Shown here one piece after another: positions 9,790 through 19,292 of a stretch of DNA of 64,000 nt. The stretch is from Candidatus Latescibacterota bacterium. Its GTDB lineage: Bacteria > Latescibacterota > UBA2968 > UBA8231. Both the position numbers and the translations under genes were made by a program. A model generated the notes under the pieces. It was given only the letters and a program-made list of their open reading frames with translations. It had not been told where the DNA came from and did not search any database. Each line of letters begins with the position of its first letter. The first letter of the stretch is position 1. The DNA lies in contig OZ220089.1 of NCBI GenBank assembly GCA_964291625.2, positions 2,336,001-2,400,000 of the forward strand, in the 5' to 3' direction.

Positions 9790-10440
9790 TCAGGTGTATC
9801 CCAGGTCCCGGAGAGCGTCGAGGGTGAGGCCGCCGGGGATGGCGGAGCGGCCGGTCAGAAGGCGCTCCACATAACGGGCGACCACGTCGATCTCGAGGTT
9901 TACACGGGCACCCGCGCGCACCTGTGAAAGGTTCGTATGTACTAATGTATGCGGTATGATAGCGATGGTAAAGGTGCCGTCGGCGGCGACTTCGACGAGG
10001 GTCAGGCTGATGCCGTCGACGGCGACGCATCCCTTGGCTGCCAGGTAGCGTGCCAACTCCGCCGGGGGAGCCACCTGGAGGACGGTGTCGCCGGCGGCGG
10101 CGTCGAGCCGGCGCACGGTTCCGACCCCGTCCACGTGGCCGAGGACCAGGTGCCCCCCCAGCCGGTCGGTGGGCCGCAGCGAGCGTTCCAGGTTGACGGG
10201 CGATCCCGGCCGCAGCTCCCCAAGGGTCGTGCGCCGAAGGGTCTCGGCCACCGACTCGACGAGAAAGCTGCCGCCCTTCAGGTCCACGGCGGTCTGGCAG
10301 GCGCCGTTGATGTTGACGCTGTCCCCGGTCTTCAGGTCCTCGCAGATACCCGGGGCCTCGATCTCCAGGCGCCGCAGAGCTTCCCCCCGGGCCTCGACCC
10401 GTCGGACGGTGCCCACCTCCTCGATCAGTCCGGTGAACAT
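9790..10440 (-). CDS. ribE: Riboflavin synthase (alpha chain)
   Basis: MFTGLIEE, GDSVNINGAC, VNLER, GGHLVLGHVD, VDGISLT. Confidence 0.97.
   Translation of the reverse strand: MFTGLIEEVGTVRRVEARGEALRRLEIEAPGICEDLKTGDSVNINGACQTAVDLKGGSFLVESVAETLRRTTLGELRPGSPVNLERSLRPTDRLGGHLVLGHVDGVGTVRRLDAAAGDTVLQVAPPAELARYLAAKGCVAVDGISLTLVEVAADGTFTIAIIPHTLVHTNLSQVRAGARVNLEIDVVARYVERLLTGRSAIPGGLTLDALRDLGYT
9944..9972 (-). promoter_or_regulatory. Putative internal promoter inside ribE
   Basis: TTTACC-N17-TACATT on the minus strand, in an AT-rich patch of rare codons. Confidence 0.45.
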
Positions 10441-11522
10441 GGGTAGACCACCTTCCCGGTGTAGAGCAGATCCTCTCCCAGGCGCCGGGTTCGCGCCTGC
10501 TCGATGATCGGGGTCTCCGCCAGGGAATCCAGGCCCAGCTCGCCGACGCCGGGCAGGGCATCGCCGCCCAGCAGCCGGGGGGCGATGTAGAGCATGACCC
10601 GATCGACCGACCGGGTCCGCAGGGCGGCGCCCGCCAGCCCGCGGCCGCCTTCCACGAGGACGCTGGTCAGACCCGCCGCGCCGGCCCGGGCCCACAGCTC
10701 TCCCAACTCGAAGGTCCCGCCCCTGTCGGCCAGCGTCCAGACCTCGACGCCGCGCTCGGCGAACCGCCGGCGCTCCGCCTCCGGGGCCGATGCCGATGTC
10801 GCCAGGATCGGCTCCCGGCCCCCGAAGACCTTCGCCGTCGGCGGGCAGCGCAGGCGCCCGTCCACGACAATAGGCCGCGGGTCCCGGCCTTTCACGTGGC
10901 GCACCGTCAGGGCCGGATTGTCGGCGATCACGGTGCCGGCCCCCACGGCCACCGCGTCGGTCCAGGAACGCCAGCGGTGGGCGTGCCGCCGGGCCGGCTC
11001 GCCGGTGATCCACCGCGAGGCCCCCGAGGCCGTGGCGATGCGCCCGTCGAGGGACTGGCCCAGCTTGAGCACCACCAGCGGCCGTCCGGTCCGCCGGTGG
11101 TGCAGGTAGGCGGCATTCTGCTCCTCCGCCTCGGCCGCGCGGACGCCCACCTCGACCTCGATACCGGCCTCCCGGAGGCGCCGGAAGCCCCGGCCGTCGA
11201 CCCGCGGGTCGGGGTCCTGCAGGGCGCAGACGACCCGGCGCACGCCGGCGGCGGCCACCGCCTCGGCGCACGGGGGGGTTCGACCGTGAAAGGAGCAGGG
11301 CTCCAGGTTGCAGAACAGGGTGCCGCCGCGGGCCCTCTCGCCGGCCGCCCGCAGGGCTTCGACCTCGGCATGGGGGCCGCCGACCCTGCGGTGCCAGCCT
11401 TCGCCGACGACGGTTCCGGAACGGTCGGCGACGACGGCGCCGACGAGCGGGTTCGGGCTCACTCTGCCTCGGCCCCGGGCGGCCAGGACCAGGGCCCGGC
11501 CGAGTGCCTTGGCGTCGTCCAA
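10425..11522 (-). CDS. ribD: Riboflavin deaminase/reductase RibD
   Basis: PNPLVGAV, HAE, LEPCSFHGRTPPC, SLDGRIA, WITG, VEGG; TTG start inferred. Confidence 0.95.
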   Translation of the reverse strand: MDDAKALGRALVLAARGRGRVSPNPLVGAVVADRSGTVVGEGWHRRVGGPHAEVEALRAAGERARGGTLFCNLEPCSFHGRTPPCAEAVAAAGVRRVVCALQDPDPRVDGRGFRRLREAGIEVEVGVRAAEAEEQNAAYLHHRRTGRPLVVLKLGQSLDGRIATASGASRWITGEPARRHAHRWRSWTDAVAVGAGTVIADNPALTVRHVKGRDPRPIVVDGRLRCPPTAKVFGGREPILATSASAPEAERRRFAERGVEVWTLADRGGTFELGELWARAGAAGLTSVLVEGGRGLAGAALRTRSVDRVMLYIAPRLLGGDALPGVGELGLDSLAETPIIEQARTRRLGEDLLYTGKVVYPCSPD

Positions 11523-11529
11523 CCCGGGG

Positions 11530-13572
11530 CTACTCGACTTCCACGAGAATGCGGGCCACGCCGACGTTGTCGAGAGCGTCCCACGCCTGCACGGAGATGA
11601 CGTGCTCTCCCGGTTCCAGGTCCTCCACCCGGAAGGCCGCCTCCTCCCGCCCGCCGTCGAAGACCCCGTCGACGGCGGCCAGGCGCGTGCCCTCGTCGTC
11701 GTAATCGACGCAGTAGCGGGCCCCGTGGATCGCGGTGACGGCGTCCTCGATCTCCGCGTGGAGCCGGATCCCGCCACCCTCCCGGCTCGCCGTCAGACGG
11801 ACCCGGGGCGGGGTGTTGTCGATGGGGAAGGGAGCGCTCACGTAGTCGTCCTCAAGGGCCAGCTCCCGTGGGTTGTCCGGGGCGTCGGAAGCGACCACAC
11901 GCAGCTGCGTCGTGCCCTCGGGCATGCTCTCCGTGTCCCAGAACAGGGTGGTCTGGGCGATCCGGTCCTCCACCAGCTTCCACTCCCGCTGATTCTCGCC
12001 GCGCAGGTAGACGCGGTAGCTGAGCTCGTCGCCGTTCGGGTCCTGTGCCTGCCAGCGCACCAGACGCAGGCTCTTGCTCCGGGGGAGTCCCCGGTTTCCG
12101 TCGCGGGGTCCGTTCTGGGGCGGCGCAGGAGGTCCCTGGCCCTGGGGGTTGCCGCGATAGGCAAAGGTGCTCACCTCGGAGATGCGGGGAGGGAGGTTCG
12201 TCGGCCGGGCGGCGATCGATACCCTCCGGACCAGGGGCGAGTTCCGCGGGTCCCGCGACGACAGGACCAGGCGGTATTGCAGGTAGCGCGCCGGGGGGCT
12301 GGCGATCGCCGTGCCGGACTCCCCGACCCTCTCCGACCACTCGCTCCAGGTCTCGTCCGGCGTGGCGGTGTTGCCCGAGCGGGTCCGCAGAAAGAGCCGG
12401 GTGCCATCGGGGACCGTGGCCTCCCAGGTCACCGCCCCCCAGTGTCCGTGGCCCCCGAGGTCCTCCACCGGGGCGTCGAAGAACCCGCTGTCGGCGGCGC
12501 TGGGGGTCAGGCGCGACAGACGCCCCGTGAGCCCGTCGCCGAGGATCCAGTCGCCCCCATGGAGGAGAAGCGCGTTCGGCGACAAGGAATCGGCGGCGGC
12601 GAGGCGCTCGATCAACAACCCCTCGGTGCACACCCGCAGGGCCTGTGCCGGATCGCGCAGGACCGCGGCCAGCCAGCCGCCTCCGAGGTCGGCGATGCCG
12701 GCCCACACTCCACGGCCGCGCCACAAGGGGTAGGACCCCCCGTCCGGATCGATCCTCAGCAGAGTCGCCAGCGACTCCGGGCCTCCCCCCTTCGGGGCCG
12801 GTCCCGTGCCGACGACGGCGGCGAAGAGAGTGTCCCCCACGGCGAGGAGATGGGTCACCTCCTCTGCGTCGGTCTCAACCACCAGGCGGGCTCCCGATTC
12901 GGTGAGCTCGTAGATCCGGGCCCGGGCCGGTGGCCTCGAAGCGTCCTCTCCCGGCCCGGAGACGGCGGTGCCGGCATACCACCGCGAGCCGGCGCCCGCC
13001 AGGGCGCGCACATGGTCAGCGGTGCCTCCCTGGAACAGGGTGTCCACCTCGCCGCCGGCCAGGCGCAGCACACGCGCCGGTCCGCCGGCGGCGACGAGCA
13101 GCCGCCCCCGGCGGTCGAGGGCAAGATCCCAGACATAGCGGCTCCCCGAGCTTGTCTCCGAGGCCACCTCCCCCTGGGGGTCGAGGCGGTAGACGAGCCC
13201 GCCGGGTGAAGTGCCGGCGAAGAGCCCGCCCTCCGACGGCTGCAGGGCCTGTACCCCGACTTCGGGAGAGTCGAAGAGCAGATGGGGCCGGGTATCCTTG
13301 TCCGTGAACCGGAAAATGCGGCCGTCGTCTCCCGTGCCGACCCACAGATCGGCCCCGTGGGCCGCCAGGGTCCAGATGCGGCGGCCATCGACCTCGGCCA
13401 GGGGAACCAGGACCGGGCCGAGGGCGAGCTCGCCCTCGGAGAGCAGGGCGACGCCTTCGCCGGTGCCGGCCTCGAAGTCGGAGTACCGGGCCTGGTGGAG
13501 GGTGACCGGATCGACGCTCCACCCGGGGGCGGCCAGCAGGCAGAGGAGCAGTTGGCGAAGCAGTGGTTTCAT
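11530..13572 (-). CDS. Secreted beta-propeller protein with C-terminal Ig/FN3-like domains
   Basis: Signal peptide MKPLLRQLLLCLLAAPGWS; repeated beta blades (LWVGTG, LFAGTS, WYAGT); DPNGDEL and IDNTPP beta-sandwich signatures; ATGA-coupled to the S55 gene. Confidence 0.8.
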   Translation of the reverse strand: MKPLLRQLLLCLLAAPGWSVDPVTLHQARYSDFEAGTGEGVALLSEGELALGPVLVPLAEVDGRRIWTLAAHGADLWVGTGDDGRIFRFTDKDTRPHLLFDSPEVGVQALQPSEGGLFAGTSPGGLVYRLDPQGEVASETSSGSRYVWDLALDRRGRLLVAAGGPARVLRLAGGEVDTLFQGGTADHVRALAGAGSRWYAGTAVSGPGEDASRPPARARIYELTESGARLVVETDAEEVTHLLAVGDTLFAAVVGTGPAPKGGGPESLATLLRIDPDGGSYPLWRGRGVWAGIADLGGGWLAAVLRDPAQALRVCTEGLLIERLAAADSLSPNALLLHGGDWILGDGLTGRLSRLTPSAADSGFFDAPVEDLGGHGHWGAVTWEATVPDGTRLFLRTRSGNTATPDETWSEWSERVGESGTAIASPPARYLQYRLVLSSRDPRNSPLVRRVSIAARPTNLPPRISEVSTFAYRGNPQGQGPPAPPQNGPRDGNRGLPRSKSLRLVRWQAQDPNGDELSYRVYLRGENQREWKLVEDRIAQTTLFWDTESMPEGTTQLRVVASDAPDNPRELALEDDYVSAPFPIDNTPPRVRLTASREGGGIRLHAEIEDAVTAIHGARYCVDYDDEGTRLAAVDGVFDGGREEAAFRVEDLEPGEHVISVQAWDALDNVGVARILVEVE

Positions 13573-15290
13573 CGGCGGCCCTCCGGGTCCACCTCGAGGA
13601 CGAGGCTCTGCTCCCCGCGCAGGACGAAACCGGCGGGGACGCGTTCTTCCATCAGGACCCGCCAGGCCACCATGCGGGTGCTGCCCGCCACCGGCGACTG
13701 CGACAGCAGCCGGTGCACCGAGGGAGGCGGCGACGGCAGCTCGCGACCGTCCACGGTCAGACCCGGCTCGGCGACGGTCAGTTGCACGACCAGCTCGTCC
13801 TCCCGCCGGGGCCGGTTCAGACGCCTCAGCAACTCCTCGGAGTCTGCCGGCGGTCCGGCGCCCAGGCGCTCCTCCTCCCAGCCGTTGGCAGAGCGACCCG
13901 ACCCAACCCTCACCCCCAGCTCTCCGGCCGCGTCGGCCGGAACCCGCACCGGGACCTGCAGGACTCTCTCGGCGCTTCTGTAGGGTGACAGCCGCACCGA
14001 GACCGTGACCTCCTCCCCGGCGCGGACCCTTGGCCGGTCGAGGCTCGCCCCCGAGAGACGCGCGACACGCACCTCCTCCCTCACATCGGCCCGCATCCGC
14101 ACGCCGGCCAGGCGGACCCTTTCGAAGGAGGAGCGGACCAGGGCTCGCAGAGGTGTGCCGGCATCGATGGCGGCGCCGAAGGTGGCGTCGACCCCGCTGT
14201 AGATCTGGTCCCACGTCACCTTGCGGCCGTCGTCCAGCTCGATGTCGATGTTCAGATCGATCGAGGCCTCGCCCATCACCTTGGAGGTGGACTCCAGGGC
14301 CCCTATCAACGCCGACTGGATCAGGCCGGCGGTGAAGAACCGGTGACGGGCGACCTCGAACCGGAACTCCCGGGTCTCGCCCTCCGGGGCGATGGCCATT
14401 TCCACCGGGAGAACGCCCGCCCTCGCCCCGGTGAGGCCGGCGATCCCCCCGAAGCGGTCCTGCCGGACGGCACCGACGGTGGCCGTGGCCGCGCCCAGCT
14501 TGAAGGAGCGGAACCGGTGGTCGAGGACGCCGAAGATGTGGGCCCCCGTCATCGGCAGGTCGATGGCGCCGCTGCCGACGAAGTCGTGGCCGAAGGCGAC
14601 CAGGCGGTCTCCGTCCACATGGGTCACCGTGCCGATTCCGACCATGCTCAGATCGCCGCCGACCAACTGCACTCCCACGGCGCTGCCCGCCCGGAGCGGC
14701 GGCGTCTCCAGGGAGGGATCGTCTCCAGCCGGCGACAGGAGGGGCTCGAGGCCGAGGGGCGACAGGAGCTCGGTCATGCGTTGCGCGGTCCCGCGGCCGA
14801 CGCCCGACACCCAGACGGGCGCCGCCAGGCGCACCAGGCCGGAGGGCCGCGCCGGCGCCGGCGCCGCGGCGGATCCCCGGGCCGGGGTCGACAGGTCCCG
14901 CTCCATGACCGCGAGCATTTCGTGGATCGGGGTGAGCAGGCCCACCGGCTCGTCGGCGGCGAACCAGCCCCAGGCCACGGCCCCGACCAGGCGTCCTTCG
15001 ACGTACACCGGACTGCCGCTCATGCCGGCCACGAGACCCGTCTCCTCCAGCCCCAGGCCGGACAGCCGGACGAGGATGACGTCGCGCCCGGGAAGCATCG
15101 AGTTGCGCTCGACCCCCAGGATCTCCACGCCGAAGGTGTCGATGCGGGTGCCCTCGACGACGGTCAGGCCGTATCCGCGCATCCCCCGGGCGAGCTCCGA
15201 CACCGGCGCCAGCTCGACCGCAGGAGCCGGGGCATGGAAGAGCAGGATGCAGGAAGCGGCGCGAAGCAGACGGCGGGAGATCCCGCCCAA
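13569..15290 (-). CDS. SpoIVB-like peptidase S55 domain protein
   Basis: GMRGYGLTV, GLVAGMSGSPVY, LVGAVAWG, TPIHEM, AFGH; signal-like N-terminus; start uncertain. Confidence 0.85.
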   Translation of the reverse strand: MGGISRRLLRAASCILLFHAPAPAVELAPVSELARGMRGYGLTVVEGTRIDTFGVEILGVERNSMLPGRDVILVRLSGLGLEETGLVAGMSGSPVYVEGRLVGAVAWGWFAADEPVGLLTPIHEMLAVMERDLSTPARGSAAAPAPARPSGLVRLAAPVWVSGVGRGTAQRMTELLSPLGLEPLLSPAGDDPSLETPPLRAGSAVGVQLVGGDLSMVGIGTVTHVDGDRLVAFGHDFVGSGAIDLPMTGAHIFGVLDHRFRSFKLGAATATVGAVRQDRFGGIAGLTGARAGVLPVEMAIAPEGETREFRFEVARHRFFTAGLIQSALIGALESTSKVMGEASIDLNIDIELDDGRKVTWDQIYSGVDATFGAAIDAGTPLRALVRSSFERVRLAGVRMRADVREEVRVARLSGASLDRPRVRAGEEVTVSVRLSPYRSAERVLQVPVRVPADAAGELGVRVGSGRSANGWEEERLGAGPPADSEELLRRLNRPRREDELVVQLTVAEPGLTVDGRELPSPPPSVHRLLSQSPVAGSTRMVAWRVLMEERVPAGFVLRGEQSLVLEVDPEGRR

Positions 15291-15548
15291 GGGCTTGCCG
15301 GGTGCTCGTAACTGACTGTACCCCAAAGAGGTGCGTCTCCAGGAGAGGGAGCCGGTCAATGTACCCGGCCACTCCCTTCGCGTCAATCGCGGCAGCCGAT
15401 CCACCCTCTCGGATTGCTTGACACCTGCGCGGACCGGACGGCATTCTGTGTACCGACCCGCCCTCCAGGGAAGAAGCATGCACCCGACCCAACGACCCGC
15501 CGCCGGACGGGGTCACCGCCCGGTCCGCGGCTGAGGCGCCGGCCCGCC

Positions 15549-16457
15549 TTGCAGGGGTTTTTCGACCGCATCCGCGCCGGCCTGTCGCGCACGCGCTCCG
15601 CCGTGGTCGAGGCCGTCGCCGACGCCGTGGGCGACCGCCGCCTCGACGACGATCTCCTCGACGAGATCGAAGAGATCCTGATCTCGGCCGACGTGGGCGT
15701 CGACACCTCGGCGGCCATCGCCGGCGGCCTGCGCACCCGGGTGCGAGACTCGGAGGGGGACGCTCTCGAGCTGCTGGCAGCGGAGCTGGAGGCGATCTTC
15801 CCCCATGGAGAAGGCTTCGACGTCACCCACCTGCCGGCGCGCCCCTGGGTGATTCTGGTGGCCGGGGTCAACGGCGCCGGCAAGACGACCACCATCGGCA
15901 AGCTCGCGCAGCGCTACGCCGGCGAGCACCGCAAGGTGATGATGGCGGCCTGCGACACCTTCCGGGCCGGCGCCGTGGCCCAGCTTCAGGTGTGGGCCGA
16001 ACGCGCCGGCGCCGAGATCGTGCGCTCCCGGCAGGGGGCGGATCCGGGGGCGGTCGCCTTCGACGCAGCCCAGGCCGCCCGGGCCCGGGACGCGGACGTG
16101 CTCCTCGTCGACACGGCGGGTAGGCTCCACACCCACGTGAACCTCATGGAGGAGCTGAAGAAGATCCGCCGGTCCCTGGCCCGGTGCCTCGACGGGGCCC
16201 CCCATGAGAGGCTTCTCGTCCTCGACGCCACCACCGGCCAGAACGCCCAGGCCCAGGCGCGGGAGTTCCACTCGGCCCTGGAGCTGACGGGGCTGGCCCT
16301 CACCAAGCTCGACGGCACCGCCCGCGGCGGCATCGCCTTCGCGCTGCGCCGCGAGCTGGACGTGCCGATCCGCCTGATCGGCCTGGGCGAGGGCCTCGAC
16401 GACCTGCAGCCATTCGACGGCCGGGAGTTCGTTCGCGCCCTCCTGGATCGGGGCTGA
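15549..16457 (+). CDS. ftsY: SRP receptor FtsY
   Basis: GVNGAGKTTT, DTFRAGA, DTAGRL, DATTGQN, TKLDGTARGG, GLGE; short form without acidic domain; TTG start inferred. Confidence 0.96.
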   Translation: MQGFFDRIRAGLSRTRSAVVEAVADAVGDRRLDDDLLDEIEEILISADVGVDTSAAIAGGLRTRVRDSEGDALELLAAELEAIFPHGEGFDVTHLPARPWVILVAGVNGAGKTTTIGKLAQRYAGEHRKVMMAACDTFRAGAVAQLQVWAERAGAEIVRSRQGADPGAVAFDAAQAARARDADVLLVDTAGRLHTHVNLMEELKKIRRSLARCLDGAPHERLLVLDATTGQNAQAQAREFHSALELTGLALTKLDGTARGGIAFALRRELDVPIRLIGLGEGLDDLQPFDGREFVRALLDRG

Positions 16458-16512
16458 GCCGAGGCTGCCGCGAGCCCCGGTTTGGTGCGGTCCCCCCGGG
16501 CTGGCGGCGACG

Positions 16513-16542
16513 TTGACACGTTTTGCCATGGACCGTTAGACT
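16513..16542 (+). promoter_or_regulatory. Sigma70 promoter for gltA
   Basis: TTGACA-N18-TAGACT, then AGAAGAGG RBS. Confidence 0.55.
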
Positions 16543-16578
16543 GGTATCCCCTCTCCCCTACCTACAGAAGAGGCTCCA

Positions 16579-17865
16579 ATGCCGGAAACGGCCAACCTGC
16601 AGCTCGGCGAGAAGAAGTTCGACCTCCCCGTCGTCGTGGGCAGCGAGAACGAGCACGCCATCGACATCAGCAAGCTGCGCGACCAGACCGGGTACATCAC
16701 CCTCGACGAAGGCTATGGCAACACCGGCTCCTGCCAGAGTTCCATCACCTTCATCGACGGCGACCGGGGGATCCTCCGCTACCGCGGCGTCCCCATCGAG
16801 GACCTGGCCGAGCAGAGCTCCTTCATCGAGACCGCCCACCTGCTGATCTGGGGGCAACTGCCTTCGTCGGAGCAACTCGACAGCTTCAGCCGTCACCTGA
16901 CCCATCACCAGTTCCTGCGCGAGCAGCTCCGCCAGCACTTCGAGGTCTTCCCCCCGGGATCTCCGCCCATGGCGGTCCTGTCGGCGGTGCTCAACTCCCT
17001 CGCCTGCTTCTATCCCGAGCTGCTCGACACCGAGGACGAGGAGCTCTTCGAAGAGGCGGCGGCCCGGCTGATCTCGAAGGTGCGCACCATCGCCGCCTAC
17101 TCGTACAAGCACGACATGGGCCACTACCTGGTGTACCCGCACCCCGAGAAGGACTTCTGCGAGAACTTCCTGCACATGATGTTCTCCGAACCCTACAGGG
17201 ACTACGAGCCCGACCCGGCCCTGGTGCGGGCCCTGGACGTGCTGCTGCTGCTGCACGCCGACCACGAGCAGAACTGCTCCACCTCGACGGTGCGCATGGT
17301 GGGCAGCTCCGGGGCCAACCTCTTCGCCTCGGTGGCGGCGGGGGTCTCGGCCCTCTGGGGCCGCCTTCACGGCGGTGCCAACGTGGCCGTGGTGAGCATG
17401 CTCGAGTCGATCCTCGAGCAGGGGATCTCGGTGAAGGACTATGTGCAGCAGGTGAAGGACAGGAAGGCGGGCATCCGGCTCATGGGCTTCGGCCACCGCG
17501 TGTACCGCAACTTCGACCCGAGGGCGAAGATCATCAAGAAGCAGGCGGAAGCGGTTCTGGCGAAGATCCAGCGGGACGATCCGCTGCTGGGCCTGGCCGA
17601 GGAGCTGGAGGGCGCCGCCCTGGCGGACGACTACTTCAAGGAACGCAGCCTCTACCCGAACGTCGATTTCTACTCAGGCGTGATCCTCCGCGCCCTGGGC
17701 ATTCCGACGAGCATGTTCACGGTCATGTTCGCCATGGGTCGCATGCCCGGCTGGATCGCCCAGTGGTACGAGGACCGCTTCGTCACCAAGGGCCGGATCC
17801 ACCGTCCGCGGCAGGTCTACACCGGGCCGACCGAGGTCTGCTACGTGCCCTTGAACCACCGCTAG
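16579..17865 (+). CDS. gltA: Citrate synthase
   Basis: GILRYRG, HADHEQNCST, LHGGAN, GFGHRVY, YPNVDFYSG. Confidence 0.97.
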   Translation: MPETANLQLGEKKFDLPVVVGSENEHAIDISKLRDQTGYITLDEGYGNTGSCQSSITFIDGDRGILRYRGVPIEDLAEQSSFIETAHLLIWGQLPSSEQLDSFSRHLTHHQFLREQLRQHFEVFPPGSPPMAVLSAVLNSLACFYPELLDTEDEELFEEAAARLISKVRTIAAYSYKHDMGHYLVYPHPEKDFCENFLHMMFSEPYRDYEPDPALVRALDVLLLLHADHEQNCSTSTVRMVGSSGANLFASVAAGVSALWGRLHGGANVAVVSMLESILEQGISVKDYVQQVKDRKAGIRLMGFGHRVYRNFDPRAKIIKKQAEAVLAKIQRDDPLLGLAEELEGAALADDYFKERSLYPNVDFYSGVILRALGIPTSMFTVMFAMGRMPGWIAQWYEDRFVTKGRIHRPRQVYTGPTEVCYVPLNHR

Positions 17866-17927
17866 GAGCGGGCCTCGGCTTCGAGGGTGGACGCGTTGCG
17901 GCGTCCACTCCACTCCAGGAGCCCAAG

Positions 17928-18905
17928 ATGCAAACCAAGAAGCTCGGACGGACGGGCCTGGAGGTCTCCATCGTCGGTCTGGGAACCGCCTTCCTCGGCA
18001 TTCCCGGCGCCAACGAGGCGGCCCGGGCCTACTCCGTGCCCGGCGCCCCCTGGGAGGTGGAGGTCGATCCCGAGATGGGCGCCCAGGCCGTCATCGCGGC
18101 CATCGAAGGCGGCTGCACCCTCGTCGACACCGCGCCCCTCTACCTGGCCACCGGGTCGGAGAGGATGATCGGCGACGCCCTGCGCCAGCGCCCCGATCTG
18201 AAGTCCCGGGTCACCGTGACGACGAAGGTGGGCCAACTCTACAACGACATCGACCACTCCAGGGATGCGGTGCTGCGGCACGTGGAGGGGAGCCTCGAGC
18301 GCCTCGGCCTCGAGCGCTTCGACCTGCTCTACATCCACGACGCCATGGACGTGCCCATGGCTCGGGTCATGGCCGACGACGGCGCCCTCGGGGCCCTGCG
18401 CCAACTGCAGGACGAGGGCGTGGTCGCCTGGGTCGGCACGGCGTCCAATGTTCCCGCCACCAACGTGGAGTACATCGAGACCGGAGCCTTCGACGCCGCC
18501 GTGATCCCCGAGTGCTGGAGCCTGCTCAACCAGCGCGCCGCCGAGCGCATCCTGCCGGCGGCGCAGAAGCACGGCGTGGGACTCGTGGGGGCCACGCCCC
18601 TGGAGCGCGGACTGCTGGCCACCGGCCAGGTGCGGGGCCGCAGCTACCTCGCCAGGCGCTTCACGCCCGAGGTCATGGATCACGTCGCCCGCATCCAGGG
18701 GCTCTGCGCCGATCACGGGGTGGCGATGAACGCCGCGGCGCTGCAGTGGTGCACCCGCCATCCCCTGGTGGCCTCGACCATTCCCGGAGCGCGAACCACC
18801 GCCGAGGCCGAGGCCAACGCGGTGGCCGGATCCGCCTCGATCCCCGAGGCCTTCTGGCAGGACCTGGAGCCCCTTGTCCGGCACTTTCCCGTGAGCGAGG
18901 TGTGA
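17928..18905 (+). CDS. Aldo/keto reductase
   Basis: LGRTGLEVS, DTAPLY, TTKVG, SLERLG..DLLYIH, TIPGART. Confidence 0.92.
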   Translation: MQTKKLGRTGLEVSIVGLGTAFLGIPGANEAARAYSVPGAPWEVEVDPEMGAQAVIAAIEGGCTLVDTAPLYLATGSERMIGDALRQRPDLKSRVTVTTKVGQLYNDIDHSRDAVLRHVEGSLERLGLERFDLLYIHDAMDVPMARVMADDGALGALRQLQDEGVVAWVGTASNVPATNVEYIETGAFDAAVIPECWSLLNQRAAERILPAAQKHGVGLVGATPLERGLLATGQVRGRSYLARRFTPEVMDHVARIQGLCADHGVAMNAAALQWCTRHPLVASTIPGARTTAEAEANAVAGSASIPEAFWQDLEPLVRHFPVSEV

Positions 18906-18959
18906 CCCGCCGAGGCCGACCGCCGGCCTCGGACCTACACCATCGAAGAGGAGGACATC

Positions 18960-19265
18960 ATGGCTGTGCGAATCGACGCGAAGAGCACGAAGCTGTCCGA
19001 GTCGACGAAGGAGCACATCGAGGGGGTCTGCGCCAAGTTCGACCAGTTCTTCGACCGCATCGTCGACACCGAGGTCATCCTCGACACGCAGGCGAAGCAC
19101 CGGCACGCCACGTCGGTGGAGATCATCGTCAAGGTTCCCAACCAGCGCATCGTGGGCAAGGGAGAGACGGCGGACAACAACCTCTTCAAGGCCGTCGACG
19201 ACGCCGCCCACCGCGTCGAGTCCCAGCTCAAGAAGTACCACGACAAGCTCGTGGCCCGTCGCTGA
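18960..19265 (+). CDS. hpf: Ribosome hibernation factor (short HPF/RaiA)
   Basis: ~100 aa; KLSESTKEHI...KFDQFF, LFKAVDDAAHRVESQLKKYHDK; GAGGAGG RBS. Confidence 0.85.
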   Translation: MAVRIDAKSTKLSESTKEHIEGVCAKFDQFFDRIVDTEVILDTQAKHRHATSVEIIVKVPNQRIVGKGETADNNLFKAVDDAAHRVESQLKKYHDKLVARR

Positions 19266-19292
19266 CGCGCCGGGAAACCTCCAGCGGCTTCC

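Noticed and set aside
15291-15548. Possible SRP RNA beside ftsY, or FMN riboswitch for the rib operon
   Set aside because: No SRP helix-8 or RFN consensus seen; only a TTGACA promoter-like element at 15418
16482-18905. Apparent long fusions in the ORF track (also 11530..15516, 33784..36774, 60231..61826)
   Set aside because: The N-terminal parts are off-frame read-through of the upstream gene; real starts have an RBS or a stop/start overlap
18910-18932. Hairpin CCGAGGCC/GGCCTCGG before hpf as a terminator
   Set aside because: No U-tract, so it cannot be called from sequence alone
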